Virus record (IMG/VR): IMGVR_UViG_3300020045_005087
Span: 1 to 37,949 of that record
Reading direction: 5' to 3' (one strand)
From: a virus
Lineage: Duplodnaviria; Caudoviricetes
Length of the DNA stretch: 37,949 nt
The stretch's first letter is position 1, and each line of letters begins with the position of its first letter. Below the pieces are notes generated by a model, which was given only the letters and a program-made list of their open reading frames with translations, was not told the DNA's origin and searched no databases. The translations under genes and the position numbers were made by a program. Below are positions 25,111-33,547 of this stretch, one piece after another.

Positions 25111-25295
25111 CTTATCCAAGTCCTCAGTGTTAATTCACGCGCTTCATTTTCGACCGCGTCATAATCATCACTTGTCCGATTAATCCAGTTTTGCCTGTCC
25201 ATCAGGATAATTGACACCCGTTCGCCAAAGTGTTCGATTTCATTTTCCGAAACCGGGCGGCCTAATTTATTTTCCAGCCATTCTAAATCAGTCAT
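25107..25295 (-). CDS. Hypothetical protein
   Basis: AAGGAG RBS; 62 aa. Confidence 0.6.
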   Translation of the reverse strand: MTDLEWLENKLGRPVSENEIEHFGERVSIILMDRQNWINRTSDDYDAVENEARELTLRTWIR

Positions 25296-25304
25296 TTTAA
25301 CTCC

Positions 25305-25517
25305 TTAAAGAGAATCTCTTATTTTTTTGGCTTCTTGGAATCTAATAGCCGCTTGTTTTTCATTATCAAATGACCCAAGCCATACCTGAACACCAGAAAC
25401 CTTTATCTTTGCGCACCACTTTTCCATAGTTTTATGCCAGTAAACCCCTGAATATTTTGACGATGTATCTTTTTTTTTAGCAACCAATCTTTTTATCTCT
25501 TCCAACTTATCTATCAT
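25305..25517 (-). CDS. Stand-alone AP2-domain protein
   Basis: SKYSGVYW....KWCAKI......WLGSFDNEKQAA; no HNH domain attached. Confidence 0.75.
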   Translation of the reverse strand: MIDKLEEIKRLVAKKKDTSSKYSGVYWHKTMEKWCAKIKVSGVQVWLGSFDNEKQAAIRFQEAKKIRDSL

Positions 25518-25605
25518 GTTACCACCTTATTTATTTAATAAATTGTAGGGGGTAGTATAGCATTTAATAAGCATCATAGATAATTAATTTACACAATAAA
25601 AATAC

Positions 25606-25807
25606 ACGGTAGGTTTTACGGTAGGCAACGGTAGGCTTGCTCTGCAAGCCTTATTATATATACGATCAACTACTACCCTCTATGTCTTATGACGGTAGGA
25701 AATAAATTTTGGTTTTTTAGTTGACACCTACCGTTGGTGGGGTTAAAATCCCCTAGGATTTTACCCCAACGGTAGGTTACTGCTAACCCTGTAAATATAA
25801 CGGTAGG
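25606..25807. repeat. Probable replication origin: seven ACGGTAGG iterons and a 50-nt hairpin
   Basis: ACGGTAGG at 25606, 25618, 25628, 25692, 25769, 25800 and inverted at 25727; AT-rich flank; directly downstream of the helicase. Confidence 0.7.
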
Positions 25808-25812
25808 GACAT

Positions 25813-26976
25813 TTAAACCCAGTAAATGCCATTTTTAGTAAAAACCAACTCCATTTTTACCAACACAGGAATAACATCTGAAAATATTTTCCAGGGGTTT
25901 TTAACATCTGCTGCAAACTCTAAATTGATTCCGTCCCTGATCTGTTTCTCTGTAACTGCACTTGTACTTTGCTCAAAAATTACACGTTTAATGACAGTCA
26001 ACACGCGTTCTTGTCTAATCGTTAAATTGCCATTGGCATCTGATCTTTTAAGAACCAGCGAGTTTGTAGGTTTGCCATCTTGCCTAATTAAGCCCAAGTC
26101 GACCACGTGCGCCAATATTTCAATGGCTTCAAAATAATCACCGTCCTTACTTTTTTTACAGGCCATGGTTGCATTAAGCGTGCTTATATCAGGCCTGGTC
26201 ATGCTTATCTCATAGTCAATATTTGCGCCAAATGCACTAGCGCCTCTCATTCCCTTCTCAGTGTCCTTGCCGTAGTGATGGACTATCAAACTGCTACACC
26301 CAGCATCGACACAACAATCAGACACCATCCTAAGCACTCTTGCAACCTCCTCATTAACGTTTTCTTTGCATGTTGTAGCCAAGCTGCTGAACGTATCAAA
26401 CATAACAAAAACAGGATTTATGCCATCAATAGACTTTTTTAACCAATCCATTTCAGCAATGTTATCGATGTATAATGGCCTCTCAAGTATAAAAAAGTTA
26501 TCGTTAAAACCACCATCTACAATAGACAGTGCCTTTATTCTTCTACATAGAGCCCCATGCCCTTCACCGCATATATAAAGCACCTTCCCGGTATTAAAAA
26601 CATCATGCCCAAAAAAGTCATTGCCTGTGCAGATACAGTGCGCCATTTTTAAAGCAACAAACGATTTAAAGGATTGAGACGACCCAGCAATTAACCCGTG
26701 TGTTTTTGCCTCGATAATGTTATTTATCAAATAAACTGGAGCCGTTGCCGTTTTACACATATCATCTGCGCTTATCCATTCAGCTTGTTTTTCTTCTTTA
26801 ATATCCTCATTATGCCCCGGCAATCCCTCATTACTAACCGTCCTAAATTTCGGCGCCTCCTTAACTTTAATACTTACAACGTTATCCGGTATCGATAACT
26901 CCTCAAGTGCGTCCTCGTACGCTCCAATCGGTATTTCTTCGTAGTTTGGCATTTCATCAATATTCATTCTAAGCAT
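25813..26976 (-). CDS. Replicative helicase, AAA_25/RSF1010 RepA-like
   Basis: GSSQSFKS (Walker A variant), VLYICGEG, VMFDT, IVHHYGK, RGASA. Confidence 0.85.
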   Translation of the reverse strand: MLRMNIDEMPNYEEIPIGAYEDALEELSIPDNVVSIKVKEAPKFRTVSNEGLPGHNEDIKEEKQAEWISADDMCKTATAPVYLINNIIEAKTHGLIAGSSQSFKSFVALKMAHCICTGNDFFGHDVFNTGKVLYICGEGHGALCRRIKALSIVDGGFNDNFFILERPLYIDNIAEMDWLKKSIDGINPVFVMFDTFSSLATTCKENVNEEVARVLRMVSDCCVDAGCSSLIVHHYGKDTEKGMRGASAFGANIDYEISMTRPDISTLNATMACKKSKDGDYFEAIEILAHVVDLGLIRQDGKPTNSLVLKRSDANGNLTIRQERVLTVIKRVIFEQSTSAVTEKQIRDGINLEFAADVKNPWKIFSDVIPVLVKMELVFTKNGIYWV

Positions 26977-27263
26977 CCTGCTTCTCCAACTGTTTTCTTA
27001 ATAGCGTCAAACACGTCCTGCCATTTAGGGTATTCTTTTTCCAGCCACGTTATTGGCATATAAAGATGATGAAATTCAAAGATAACTGGCACCCCATCAA
27101 ATCCAGCAATTAAAAGCAGCCTGTCTTCATTGTCAACCATGCCGGCCGGTACATAAATGTCCCCGTTGTCCATCAGAATAACTGAACGCTTCCACTTTGG
27201 CATAGCCATAAATTTGGCTTCATTATTGTTGGTATTAGTTAGTATCGTGTAAGAAGTTTTCAT
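26964..27263 (-). CDS. Hypothetical accessory protein (99 aa)
   Basis: AGGA RBS; preceded by a structured leader. Confidence 0.6.
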   Translation of the reverse strand: MKTSYTILTNTNNNEAKFMAMPKWKRSVILMDNGDIYVPAGMVDNEDRLLLIAGFDGVPVIFEFHHLYMPITWLEKEYPKWQDVFDAIKKTVGEAGCLE

Positions 27264-27286
27264 AAATATCCTAAATTTTAGACAAT

Positions 27287-27382
27287 AAAAAAGCTCGTTG
27301 TCGTACTGGCATACGACGAAACGAGCTTCTTCATAAAAACATGGCGTCTTTGGTTTAATCCGTGCCAGCGAAGTACACCAAA
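27287..27382 (-). ncRNA. Cis RNA element: two hairpins with complementary loops, the second terminator-like
   Basis: Minus-strand loops CUGGCA (27368-27363) and UGCCAG (27311-27306); second stem ~15 bp followed by a U-tract. Confidence 0.6.
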
Positions 27383-27393
27383 AACAGGGTTCA

Positions 27394-27876
27394 TTATACT
27401 ACAAAATTCAAAATCTTTTCAACATCATCAATCGATCTTGCAACGCCCGCATAACCACCGCCTTCCAGCACACGAAGTATAAAATTGTCCTGATCCTGTG
27501 TAACACGGCCTTTAGGCCCTTTGACTTCAATTCCGAAGTATCTGCCACCCTTTAACATACCCATTATATCCGGGCACCCCTTAAGGCTATTGGCCTGTAT
27601 ATAGCGCTCATGACCACCATACGACTCGATAAAGGCGCCAGAGTTAAACCTTGCCACCCATGCAACACTAGGATGAACACGAAGATAAGCCAAAATTGTT
27701 TTTTGTATCTGTGCCTCGCTCAAAACCAGCGGGTCACGCGGCGCACGAGCCTTTACCGGCTCAAACACCACCTTGTTGACATGCCCATCGCCTCCGGCCA
27801 ATTTAGACATAAAATCCAAAGCGGCCTGGTTCTCGCTGACGGTTTGCCGTAGGGATTTACGGATTACTTTACGCAT
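27394..27876 (-). CDS. VRR-NUC domain nuclease
   Basis: SEAQIQ..IL.YL, GCPDI, GIEVK...GRVT.DQ..F. Confidence 0.88.
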   Translation of the reverse strand: MRKVIRKSLRQTVSENQAALDFMSKLAGGDGHVNKVVFEPVKARAPRDPLVLSEAQIQKTILAYLRVHPSVAWVARFNSGAFIESYGGHERYIQANSLKGCPDIMGMLKGGRYFGIEVKGPKGRVTQDQDNFILRVLEGGGYAGVARSIDDVEKILNFVV

Positions 27877-28082
27877 TAAGCTATATCCTCAAAAAATTCA
27901 CATTCACGATTTCCTGGTGTACCCCAAAAGACAGGCACACCACCAGCACCTAAACGGTACAGTATTGATACCTTATTAGTATCGGTTGCATTGGCGTAAA
28001 TGCGGCACATGCCGATACCAGAGCCATCACCAACACGATCAGGTATAAAATTCGCGCAGGTTTTACAGTTACAGGATGTCAT
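27876..28082 (-). CDS. Small Cys-rich protein
   Basis: CKTC..F.PD..G.G.G.G.C...C; coupled to neighbours. Confidence 0.6.
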   Translation of the reverse strand: MTSCNCKTCANFIPDRVGDGSGIGMCRIYANATDTNKVSILYRLGAGGVPVFWGTPGNRECEFFEDIA

Positions 28083-28896
28083 TAAAGTCAGTTCCAGGAT
28101 CAGATGGAATAATATAGCTTCCTCCTACTGCCTTGGCCGCCTCAATAGCCGCTTTCTCACCCACTCCAGACAAATCATTATCAGCGGCAATTATAATCTG
28201 CGCATCAGGATAAATGGCGCGTAGATTAACAGCAACCGGCGTTAAATTACCCGCGCTAAAAGCGATAAAGCACGGCTTATTGAAGTGATTACGCACAGAT
28301 ACAGCGGTTGCCCAACCCTCTGCAATATACAGCAAATCGAGGCTTTTGTAGTTGTAATCTACGCAACCAAAACAGCCCTTTATTTTGCCGCCATACTGAA
28401 ACTTCTTAGTGCCATCGCCCGTTATAGTTTGCATGTTTACGATTTTTAAATCCGGATTGTAAATCGGGATTAATAGAACGCCGGCGCTCATTTTTACATG
28501 CAAATCTGCATCTATTTTGATGCCTTTTATATCGCAATACGGATGCCTAAACTCTTTGCGTGCTTCCTTAAAAACATGGTTAGATTTAAGCGCCGCATAC
28601 TCAGCCAGTTTATCTTTTTCAGCTTCGGCCTGTTTCTTGCGCTTATTCCAATCCTCGCGTTGTTGTGCAGTGATTATAGTCTTTACAGGACTGTCTTGAT
28701 GCCATTTGGCTTTAACCCCAGTTGACCAACACCCAAATGATCCAGCGTAAAAATCTCCACCAAATAATAAATACCATCCTGTATTTTTCCCGTTTATTTT
28801 GAAGCGTTTTATAGTTCCGTCATCAATTATAGTTTCTGGTGGTTCTATGCCATTGCTTCTCATGCAATCTGCGAATTGTTGTATATAAATATTCAT
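28069..28896 (-). CDS. DNA primase, Toprim domain (P4 alpha/TraC-like), separate from the helicase
   Basis: HPY...KGI, LLIPIY, MQTI..DG.KKF, IAEGWATA, IIAADND, DFND. Confidence 0.88.
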   Translation of the reverse strand: MNIYIQQFADCMRSNGIEPPETIIDDGTIKRFKINGKNTGWYLLFGGDFYAGSFGCWSTGVKAKWHQDSPVKTIITAQQREDWNKRKKQAEAEKDKLAEYAALKSNHVFKEARKEFRHPYCDIKGIKIDADLHVKMSAGVLLIPIYNPDLKIVNMQTITGDGTKKFQYGGKIKGCFGCVDYNYKSLDLLYIAEGWATAVSVRNHFNKPCFIAFSAGNLTPVAVNLRAIYPDAQIIIAADNDLSGVGEKAAIEAAKAVGGSYIIPSDPGTDFNDIL

Positions 28897-29390
28897 AGCG
28901 TTCCAAATGGGTGAATGGTTCTTTTTGCTGATAAATAGGCATTGTGCGCATCTTCTTTTGTATCATAACGACCTAAATTAATACTTTTTTTATTAACTTG
29001 AATATTCGCTCTATATCTTTGCGTGTACTTTTCAAATGACACGCCAATAACCCCCGTTTTACTGGTAATAGCGGCTTTTTTCCTGTTCTGCTGGTTCTCG
29101 CTCATGGTTACTAGCCTTAAATTTGCAATGCTATTATTTGTTTTCACACAATCAATATGATCAATATCCTTATCAGGCATAACACCATAAACATAAAGCC
29201 AAGCCAACCTATGAGCATAGTGTTTCTTATTAAACAAAGATATTTGTATATACCCTCGCTTTGTCAGCCATCCCGCTACATCACCAATTCTAACGCAATT
29301 AGCAGTTGCTAACTTTCTATAAAATAACCCTGTTTCAGGGTCATAATTAAGCCTTTCTTTTAATTCTGCTTGAGTAATCATTTCAATCAT
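28893..29390 (-). CDS. HNH-AP2 homing endonuclease
   Basis: LNYDPETG.F, YAHRLAW, IDHID..KTNN.I.NLR..T..EN..N, C-terminal AP2. Confidence 0.92.
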   Translation of the reverse strand: MIEMITQAELKERLNYDPETGLFYRKLATANCVRIGDVAGWLTKRGYIQISLFNKKHYAHRLAWLYVYGVMPDKDIDHIDCVKTNNSIANLRLVTMSENQQNRKKAAITSKTGVIGVSFEKYTQRYRANIQVNKKSINLGRYDTKEDAHNAYLSAKRTIHPFGTL

Positions 29391-29571
29391 AAGTCACCTC
29401 GGCCACACTCGCTATAAAATCAGCCATTTCCTGTTCTGCTTCTTGCAAAGAAGCACATCGTTTAGTTACTTCCTCCCAGCACCCTTTCTTCCTGCCCTGT
29501 ATCATTAATATCAAGCCCTGCCAATAAGGTGCCCCGAACTCTTTTTTACCTTCATGTATTTTAGTTATCAT
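29383..29571 (-). CDS. Hypothetical protein
   Basis: ATGA-coupled to the Cro-like gene. Confidence 0.55.
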   Translation of the reverse strand: MITKIHEGKKEFGAPYWQGLILMIQGRKKGCWEEVTKRCASLQEAEQEMADFIASVAEVTYD

Positions 29572-29762
29572 CTCAAATCCTCCCTAATGTCTAAAAGGTC
29601 GCAGCCAAGCTTATTAGCCAGCTTAGCCGCATTTTTAACGCTTATTTTTTGCTTGCCGATAAACCAATGCGATACGGCCTGCTCGGTTACAGCCAGCCAT
29701 TTGGCAAGTTCTGACTGGTTTTTAAAGATGGTTAAAATTTTATGTTTAATTTCTGGTGTCAT
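29568..29762 (-). CDS. Cro-like HTH regulator
   Basis: NQSELAKWLAVTEQAVSHW; first gene of the leftward unit; GGAG RBS. Confidence 0.85.
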   Translation of the reverse strand: MTPEIKHKILTIFKNQSELAKWLAVTEQAVSHWFIGKQKISVKNAAKLANKLGCDLLDIREDLR

Positions 29763-29795
29763 TTTGTATCTCCGTAGGTTAGGTAATAGTATAAC

Positions 29796-29836
29796 TTAAA
29801 TATTTAATTGACACCTATAAATATTTAATTTACACT
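29796..29836 (+). promoter_or_regulatory. Rightward sigma70 promoter with two palindromic operator-like sites
   Basis: TTGACA (29808-13), 17 bp, TACACT (29831-36); TAAATATTTA at 29797 and 29818. Confidence 0.75.
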
Positions 29837-29867
29837 TTAGACGTACTTAACCAATGGAGCTTTAAAA

Positions 29868-30473
29868 ATGAAAATAGACATAAAACACAGAAATTCAGAT
29901 GGAATTATTTTTAGCCATGAGCAAGCTAATAATTCAATGAAAATCGCTGTTGAAAAAGCGATTGAATTAAAAATAAGCTTGAGCTATGCCAATTTGCGCG
30001 CTGCCAATTTGAGCCATGCCGATTTGCGCTTTGCCAATTTGAGCCATGCCGATTTGAGCCATGCCAATTTTAGCTATTCCAATTTGCGCGCTGCCAATTT
30101 GCGCTTTGCCAATTTGAGCTCTGCCGATTTGAGCTCTGCCGATTTGAGCCATGCCAATTTTAGCCATGCCAATTTTAGCCATGCCAATTTGCGCTTTGCC
30201 AATTTAAGCGATGCCAATTTGCGCTTTGCTGTTTATGGAACGGCCAGTATTAGCACTAATCCACTGCAAATATTAGGATTACATTGGGACATAATTATTT
30301 TTGATTATCATATAAAGATAGGCTGCAAGCTATTTTTAACGGTCAAATGGGAGGCATTTGATGACGAAAAAATCGATAGCTTTCACCCTAATGCTCTTGA
30401 GTTTTGGAAAGCAAACAAGGCTTTTATTTTAACTGCCGCAAAAAAGCATCAGAAATACAACGAGGAAATTTAA
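29868..30473 (+). CDS. Pentapeptide-repeat protein
   Basis: About 16 tandem A[ND][LF]xx repeats, visible as 15-bp DNA repeats at ~29985-30228. Confidence 0.92.
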   Translation: MKIDIKHRNSDGIIFSHEQANNSMKIAVEKAIELKISLSYANLRAANLSHADLRFANLSHADLSHANFSYSNLRAANLRFANLSSADLSSADLSHANFSHANFSHANLRFANLSDANLRFAVYGTASISTNPLQILGLHWDIIIFDYHIKIGCKLFLTVKWEAFDDEKIDSFHPNALEFWKANKAFILTAAKKHQKYNEEI

Positions 30474-30474
30474 A

Positions 30475-30636
30475 ATGAAAATTTATGTAATAACCTGGGT
30501 TTATGATGACAGCGCTAAGAATGGCGTATTTGCGGCGTTTAAAGATAAAGAAACCGCTGAATTAGTGCTAAAAATGTTACAAACAACTGGTGATGTGAGT
30601 AAATCATTTGCGCTTTTTGAAACAATAATTTTATGA
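30475..30636 (+). CDS. 53-aa hypothetical protein (below cutoff) MKIYVITWVYDD...
   Basis: GAGG RBS; fills the gap. Confidence 0.6.
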   Translation: MKIYVITWVYDDSAKNGVFAAFKDKETAELVLKMLQTTGDVSKSFALFETIIL

Positions 30637-30646
30637 TGTTAAAAAC

Positions 30647-31453
30647 ATGACATACGATGACACACTAACAATAAACGATCTGCTGGCCCTTGGGAGTTGC
30701 GGGGCAAGTATTTCAAACGAGAAATACCATTCTCTACCAGGGCTATCTGGAAGCTCATTAACGCTACTGGAAGAATCGCCGAGGCACTACGAAAATAAGG
30801 CTCTTTTTAAAATGGATAATCAATCGCATTTTGCGCTTGGTAGTTGTGTCCATGAACTGGTTTTAGAGCCACACATGAACAGTTTTACCGCTTTGCCTAC
30901 TTTTGACGGAAGGACTACTCAGGGTAAGGCTGATAAAGCTAACTGGATGGCTAATAATGAGTACAAAATTGTCATCCCAGCCGATGACTACGACAAAGCT
31001 GTAAAAATGGCTAGAAACGTCTTATCCATATGTGGAGACATTATCAGCAAATCAATTTGTGAACGTAGCCTATTTGTCGAGTATCTGCCTAACATAATCC
31101 TAAAGTGCCGTATCGATGCCCAACACGGGCCCGATGACTTGGACGTCAAGACAATAACGCCCAAGAACGGGATGGACGAATGGGAATTAAAACGCCACGC
31201 CGAAAAGCACGGTTATTACAAAAGTGCAGCAATTAGAAACATAGTCCGTGAATCGCTCGGAATGCCAATTAGAGACTCGTATCTTATCTTTGTCAGTACC
31301 AGTCCAGGACACATGGTTAAAGTGCGTAAAATTAACCAAATCGAGATTGACGCTGCAAGAGTGCACGTATTGAACCTGATTGACCAGTGGAAAGATTACC
31401 TTGACTATGGGATTGATACACAAACAAAAGAGATTTTAACTAAATTTGATTAA
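30647..31453 (+). CDS. RecE/ExoVIII-like PD-(D/E)XK exonuclease (DUF3799 type)
   Basis: SNEKYH...LSGS.L, ALGS.VH.LVLEP, ERS, KCRID, DVKT; upstream of bet. Confidence 0.85.
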   Translation: MTYDDTLTINDLLALGSCGASISNEKYHSLPGLSGSSLTLLEESPRHYENKALFKMDNQSHFALGSCVHELVLEPHMNSFTALPTFDGRTTQGKADKANWMANNEYKIVIPADDYDKAVKMARNVLSICGDIISKSICERSLFVEYLPNIILKCRIDAQHGPDDLDVKTITPKNGMDEWELKRHAEKHGYYKSAAIRNIVRESLGMPIRDSYLIFVSTSPGHMVKVRKINQIEIDAARVHVLNLIDQWKDYLDYGIDTQTKEILTKFD

Positions 31454-31480
31454 ATATTTAATTTATGAAATACTATAAAC

Positions 31481-31636
31481 ATGGATTTTGAAAAAGAATA
31501 TACAAAAGAAGAAATAGAAAGGTTTCAGGCTCTTGAATATGAGTTTATCTTCAAAAATTACCCAGCTTGGCTTGCTGATAACTGCCCAGACTGGGTGGCA
31601 AAAAACCATCCCGAATATATAAAACAGGAGATTTAA
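31481..31636 (+). CDS. 51-aa hypothetical protein (below cutoff) MDFEKEY...NYPAWLADNCPDWVAKNHPEY
   Basis: Fills the gap on the sense strand; short internal NxPxW repeats. Confidence 0.5.
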   Translation: MDFEKEYTKEEIERFQALEYEFIFKNYPAWLADNCPDWVAKNHPEYIKQEI

Positions 31637-31638
31637 AA

Positions 31639-32508
31639 ATGAACGAATTACAAACAACAAACGACACTTTGCAAGAACATGAAATATTAGAACTGCTTAG
31701 AAACTCGCTTTATCCTGGAGCAAGTGACCAATCTATTAACCTGGTTAGGTCTTATTGCAAAGCAGCTAAGCTTGATCACATGATGAAGCCGGTGCATATC
31801 GTGCCAATGTGGGACTCAAAAACTAAGTCAATGAAAGATATTATTATGCCTGGAATTGGTTTATACCGCACCATGTCATCGCGCACAGGACAGTTAGCAG
31901 GCATAAGTGATCCAGAATTTGGCCCGGAAGTTACTGAAACATTAAGTGGCGTTACTGTGACCTATCCTAGATGGTGCAAAATAACGGTAAAGCGGTTGAT
32001 GGATAACGGCGCAATAGCTGAATTTCCTGCTATTGAATTTTGGAAAGAGAACTATGCAGTAAAAGGCGGGCAAGAAAAAAGCATCGCTCCAAATGCCATG
32101 TGGTTTAAACGTGTTTACGGCCAGCTCGCAAAATGCGCAGAAGCGCAAGCCTTGCGCAAAGCTTTTCCAGAATTTGGAGCGCAACCAACATCAGACGAGA
32201 TGGAAGGCAAGCCATTATACGAAAAAGAAATAAACCCGCTGCCAATACAGCCCCGCGAAGAATCACAAAGCATCGACGACGTGCTTGATCAAATAGAACT
32301 TATGGATAGCAAAGACGCGCAAAATAACTGCAAGGCGCTGATAACTTGTCTTACTCTTGAGTCAGACCGAAAGATCGCCATTACCGCATACAAGCGCAAA
32401 GTTGACCACTTAAAAGACATTGCAAAAGCAAAGGCTGTTCAAGAAAATTACAGAAAAACAGGTGAATGGGTTGATGTTGATGAAAACACTGGCGAGATAG
32501 TAGAGTAA
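31639..32508 (+). CDS. bet: Single-strand annealing recombinase, lambda Red-beta family
   Basis: LYPGA, YC.A..LD...KPVHIVPMW, PGIGLYR...RTG, MW.K...QLAKCAEAQALRKAFP. Confidence 0.9.
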   Translation: MNELQTTNDTLQEHEILELLRNSLYPGASDQSINLVRSYCKAAKLDHMMKPVHIVPMWDSKTKSMKDIIMPGIGLYRTMSSRTGQLAGISDPEFGPEVTETLSGVTVTYPRWCKITVKRLMDNGAIAEFPAIEFWKENYAVKGGQEKSIAPNAMWFKRVYGQLAKCAEAQALRKAFPEFGAQPTSDEMEGKPLYEKEINPLPIQPREESQSIDDVLDQIELMDSKDAQNNCKALITCLTLESDRKIAITAYKRKVDHLKDIAKAKAVQENYRKTGEWVDVDENTGEIVE

Positions 32509-32535
32509 AACCGCGTCATTCCGGGGTAGAGAATG

Positions 32536-32588
32536 ATTGATGTTGACGGGCCTCATCAATTTAAAAAACGCCCGTATAATTTTTTTAA
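32536..32588 (+). ncRNA. Pseudoknot/kissing-loop-like leader of the GIY-YIG gene
   Basis: ATTGATG/CATCAAT stem with loop ACGGGC; complementary GCCCGT in the loop of a TTAAAAAA/TTTTTTAA stem next to the RBS. Confidence 0.45.
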
Positions 32589-32598
32589 AGGTGACTTC

Positions 32599-33252
32599 AT
32601 GGAAAATTTATATTGTATTTATATGCACACATCGCCATCGGGCAAGGCATATATAGGGCAAACAAAGAACTATGATAAAAGGTGTCGAGAGCATCAATAT
32701 AAATCAAGTACTAGTATCTTGTTTTTAAAAGCAATAAATAAATATGGGTTTGATAATTTTAAGCATGAAATTATTGAGAACAATTTAACCATAGAAGAAG
32801 CTAATATATTTGAAGAGCTTTATATATCTGAATGTAAAACATTGTCGCCAAATGGATACAACCTAGCTTATGGAGGATTTAATAGAATGCAGACTGAAGA
32901 AACAAAATTAAAGTTAAGAATTAAGCAAAACGAGTATATAAAAAACAATCCTGATATTCACAAGCTTAATTTAGAAAAGGCACGTGAAAAGATCATGACA
33001 GTTGAATATAGAGAAGCCCGTACAAAAATAATGAAATATGAATGGGCAACAGGAAAAAGAAAATACACCCCTAGCAATATAGGGAGAAAAGGAAAGGTTT
33101 TTTTATTCAAAAATAAAGAAGGTGAACTAATTGAAATAACCAATATGAAAGAATTTTGTACTGAAAACAATCTAACATATCAAAAAATGATTAATGTTAA
33201 TAATGGTCAAACGAGTGAACATATGGGATATAAAAAACACTCAAGAGACTAA
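32599..33252 (+). CDS. GIY-YIG homing endonuclease; likely start MENLYCIY at 32599
   Basis: CIY.HTSPSGKAYIGQT....R..EH, AINKYG.DNF, E..YI, NGYN; AT-rich. Confidence 0.88.
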   Translation: MENLYCIYMHTSPSGKAYIGQTKNYDKRCREHQYKSSTSILFLKAINKYGFDNFKHEIIENNLTIEEANIFEELYISECKTLSPNGYNLAYGGFNRMQTEETKLKLRIKQNEYIKNNPDIHKLNLEKAREKIMTVEYREARTKIMKYEWATGKRKYTPSNIGRKGKVFLFKNKEGELIEITNMKEFCTENNLTYQKMINVNNGQTSEHMGYKKHSRD

Positions 33253-33288
33253 AAAACGCGGCTTATTAGCTTTTTTGGAGACATTAAA

Positions 33289-33435
33289 ATGAAACAATAT
33301 AACGAATACGATTTCTACGAGATAGAAGAAGATTTACCATTACAATATAGGCTTAAAAGCATGTTTTTACGCACCGGCATCGTAGCGGCATTCGTCTTTG
33401 TCGCCTTTATTATCGCTTATGCGCTGGTAGGATAA
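33289..33435 (+). CDS. 48-aa single-TM protein (below cutoff)
   Basis: GGAG RBS; ...TGIVAAFVFVAFIIAYALVG. Confidence 0.55.
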   Translation: MKQYNEYDFYEIEEDLPLQYRLKSMFLRTGIVAAFVFVAFIIAYALVG

Positions 33436-33436
33436 A

Positions 33437-33547
33437 ATGAGAGACCCTGCCCGTTTTGAAGATTACCCGCTAATTGGCCTGGCAATCTCTATGATTGCGC
33501 TTGCAGTATTATCTGTGCTATCCATCGCATACGCACTATTTTTCTAG
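33437..33547 (+). CDS. 36-aa single-TM protein (below cutoff)
   Basis: MRDPARFEDYPLIGLAISMIALAVLSVLSIAYALFF; starts 1 nt after the previous stop. Confidence 0.5.
   Translation: MRDPARFEDYPLIGLAISMIALAVLSVLSIAYALFF

Noticed and set aside
25813-26976. Helicase pseudogene because Walker A reads GSSQSFKS
   Set aside because: Lys-Ser and all other motifs are intact and the ORF is full length
29967-30182. Minus-strand repeat ORF (AQIGM)n
   Set aside because: Antisense shadow of the pentapeptide-repeat gene
29985-30228. CRISPR-like or VNTR array
   Set aside because: 15-bp coding repeats with no spacers
32543-32580. Promoter TTGACG...TATAAT upstream of GIY-YIG
   Set aside because: Spacing is 26 bp, far from 17
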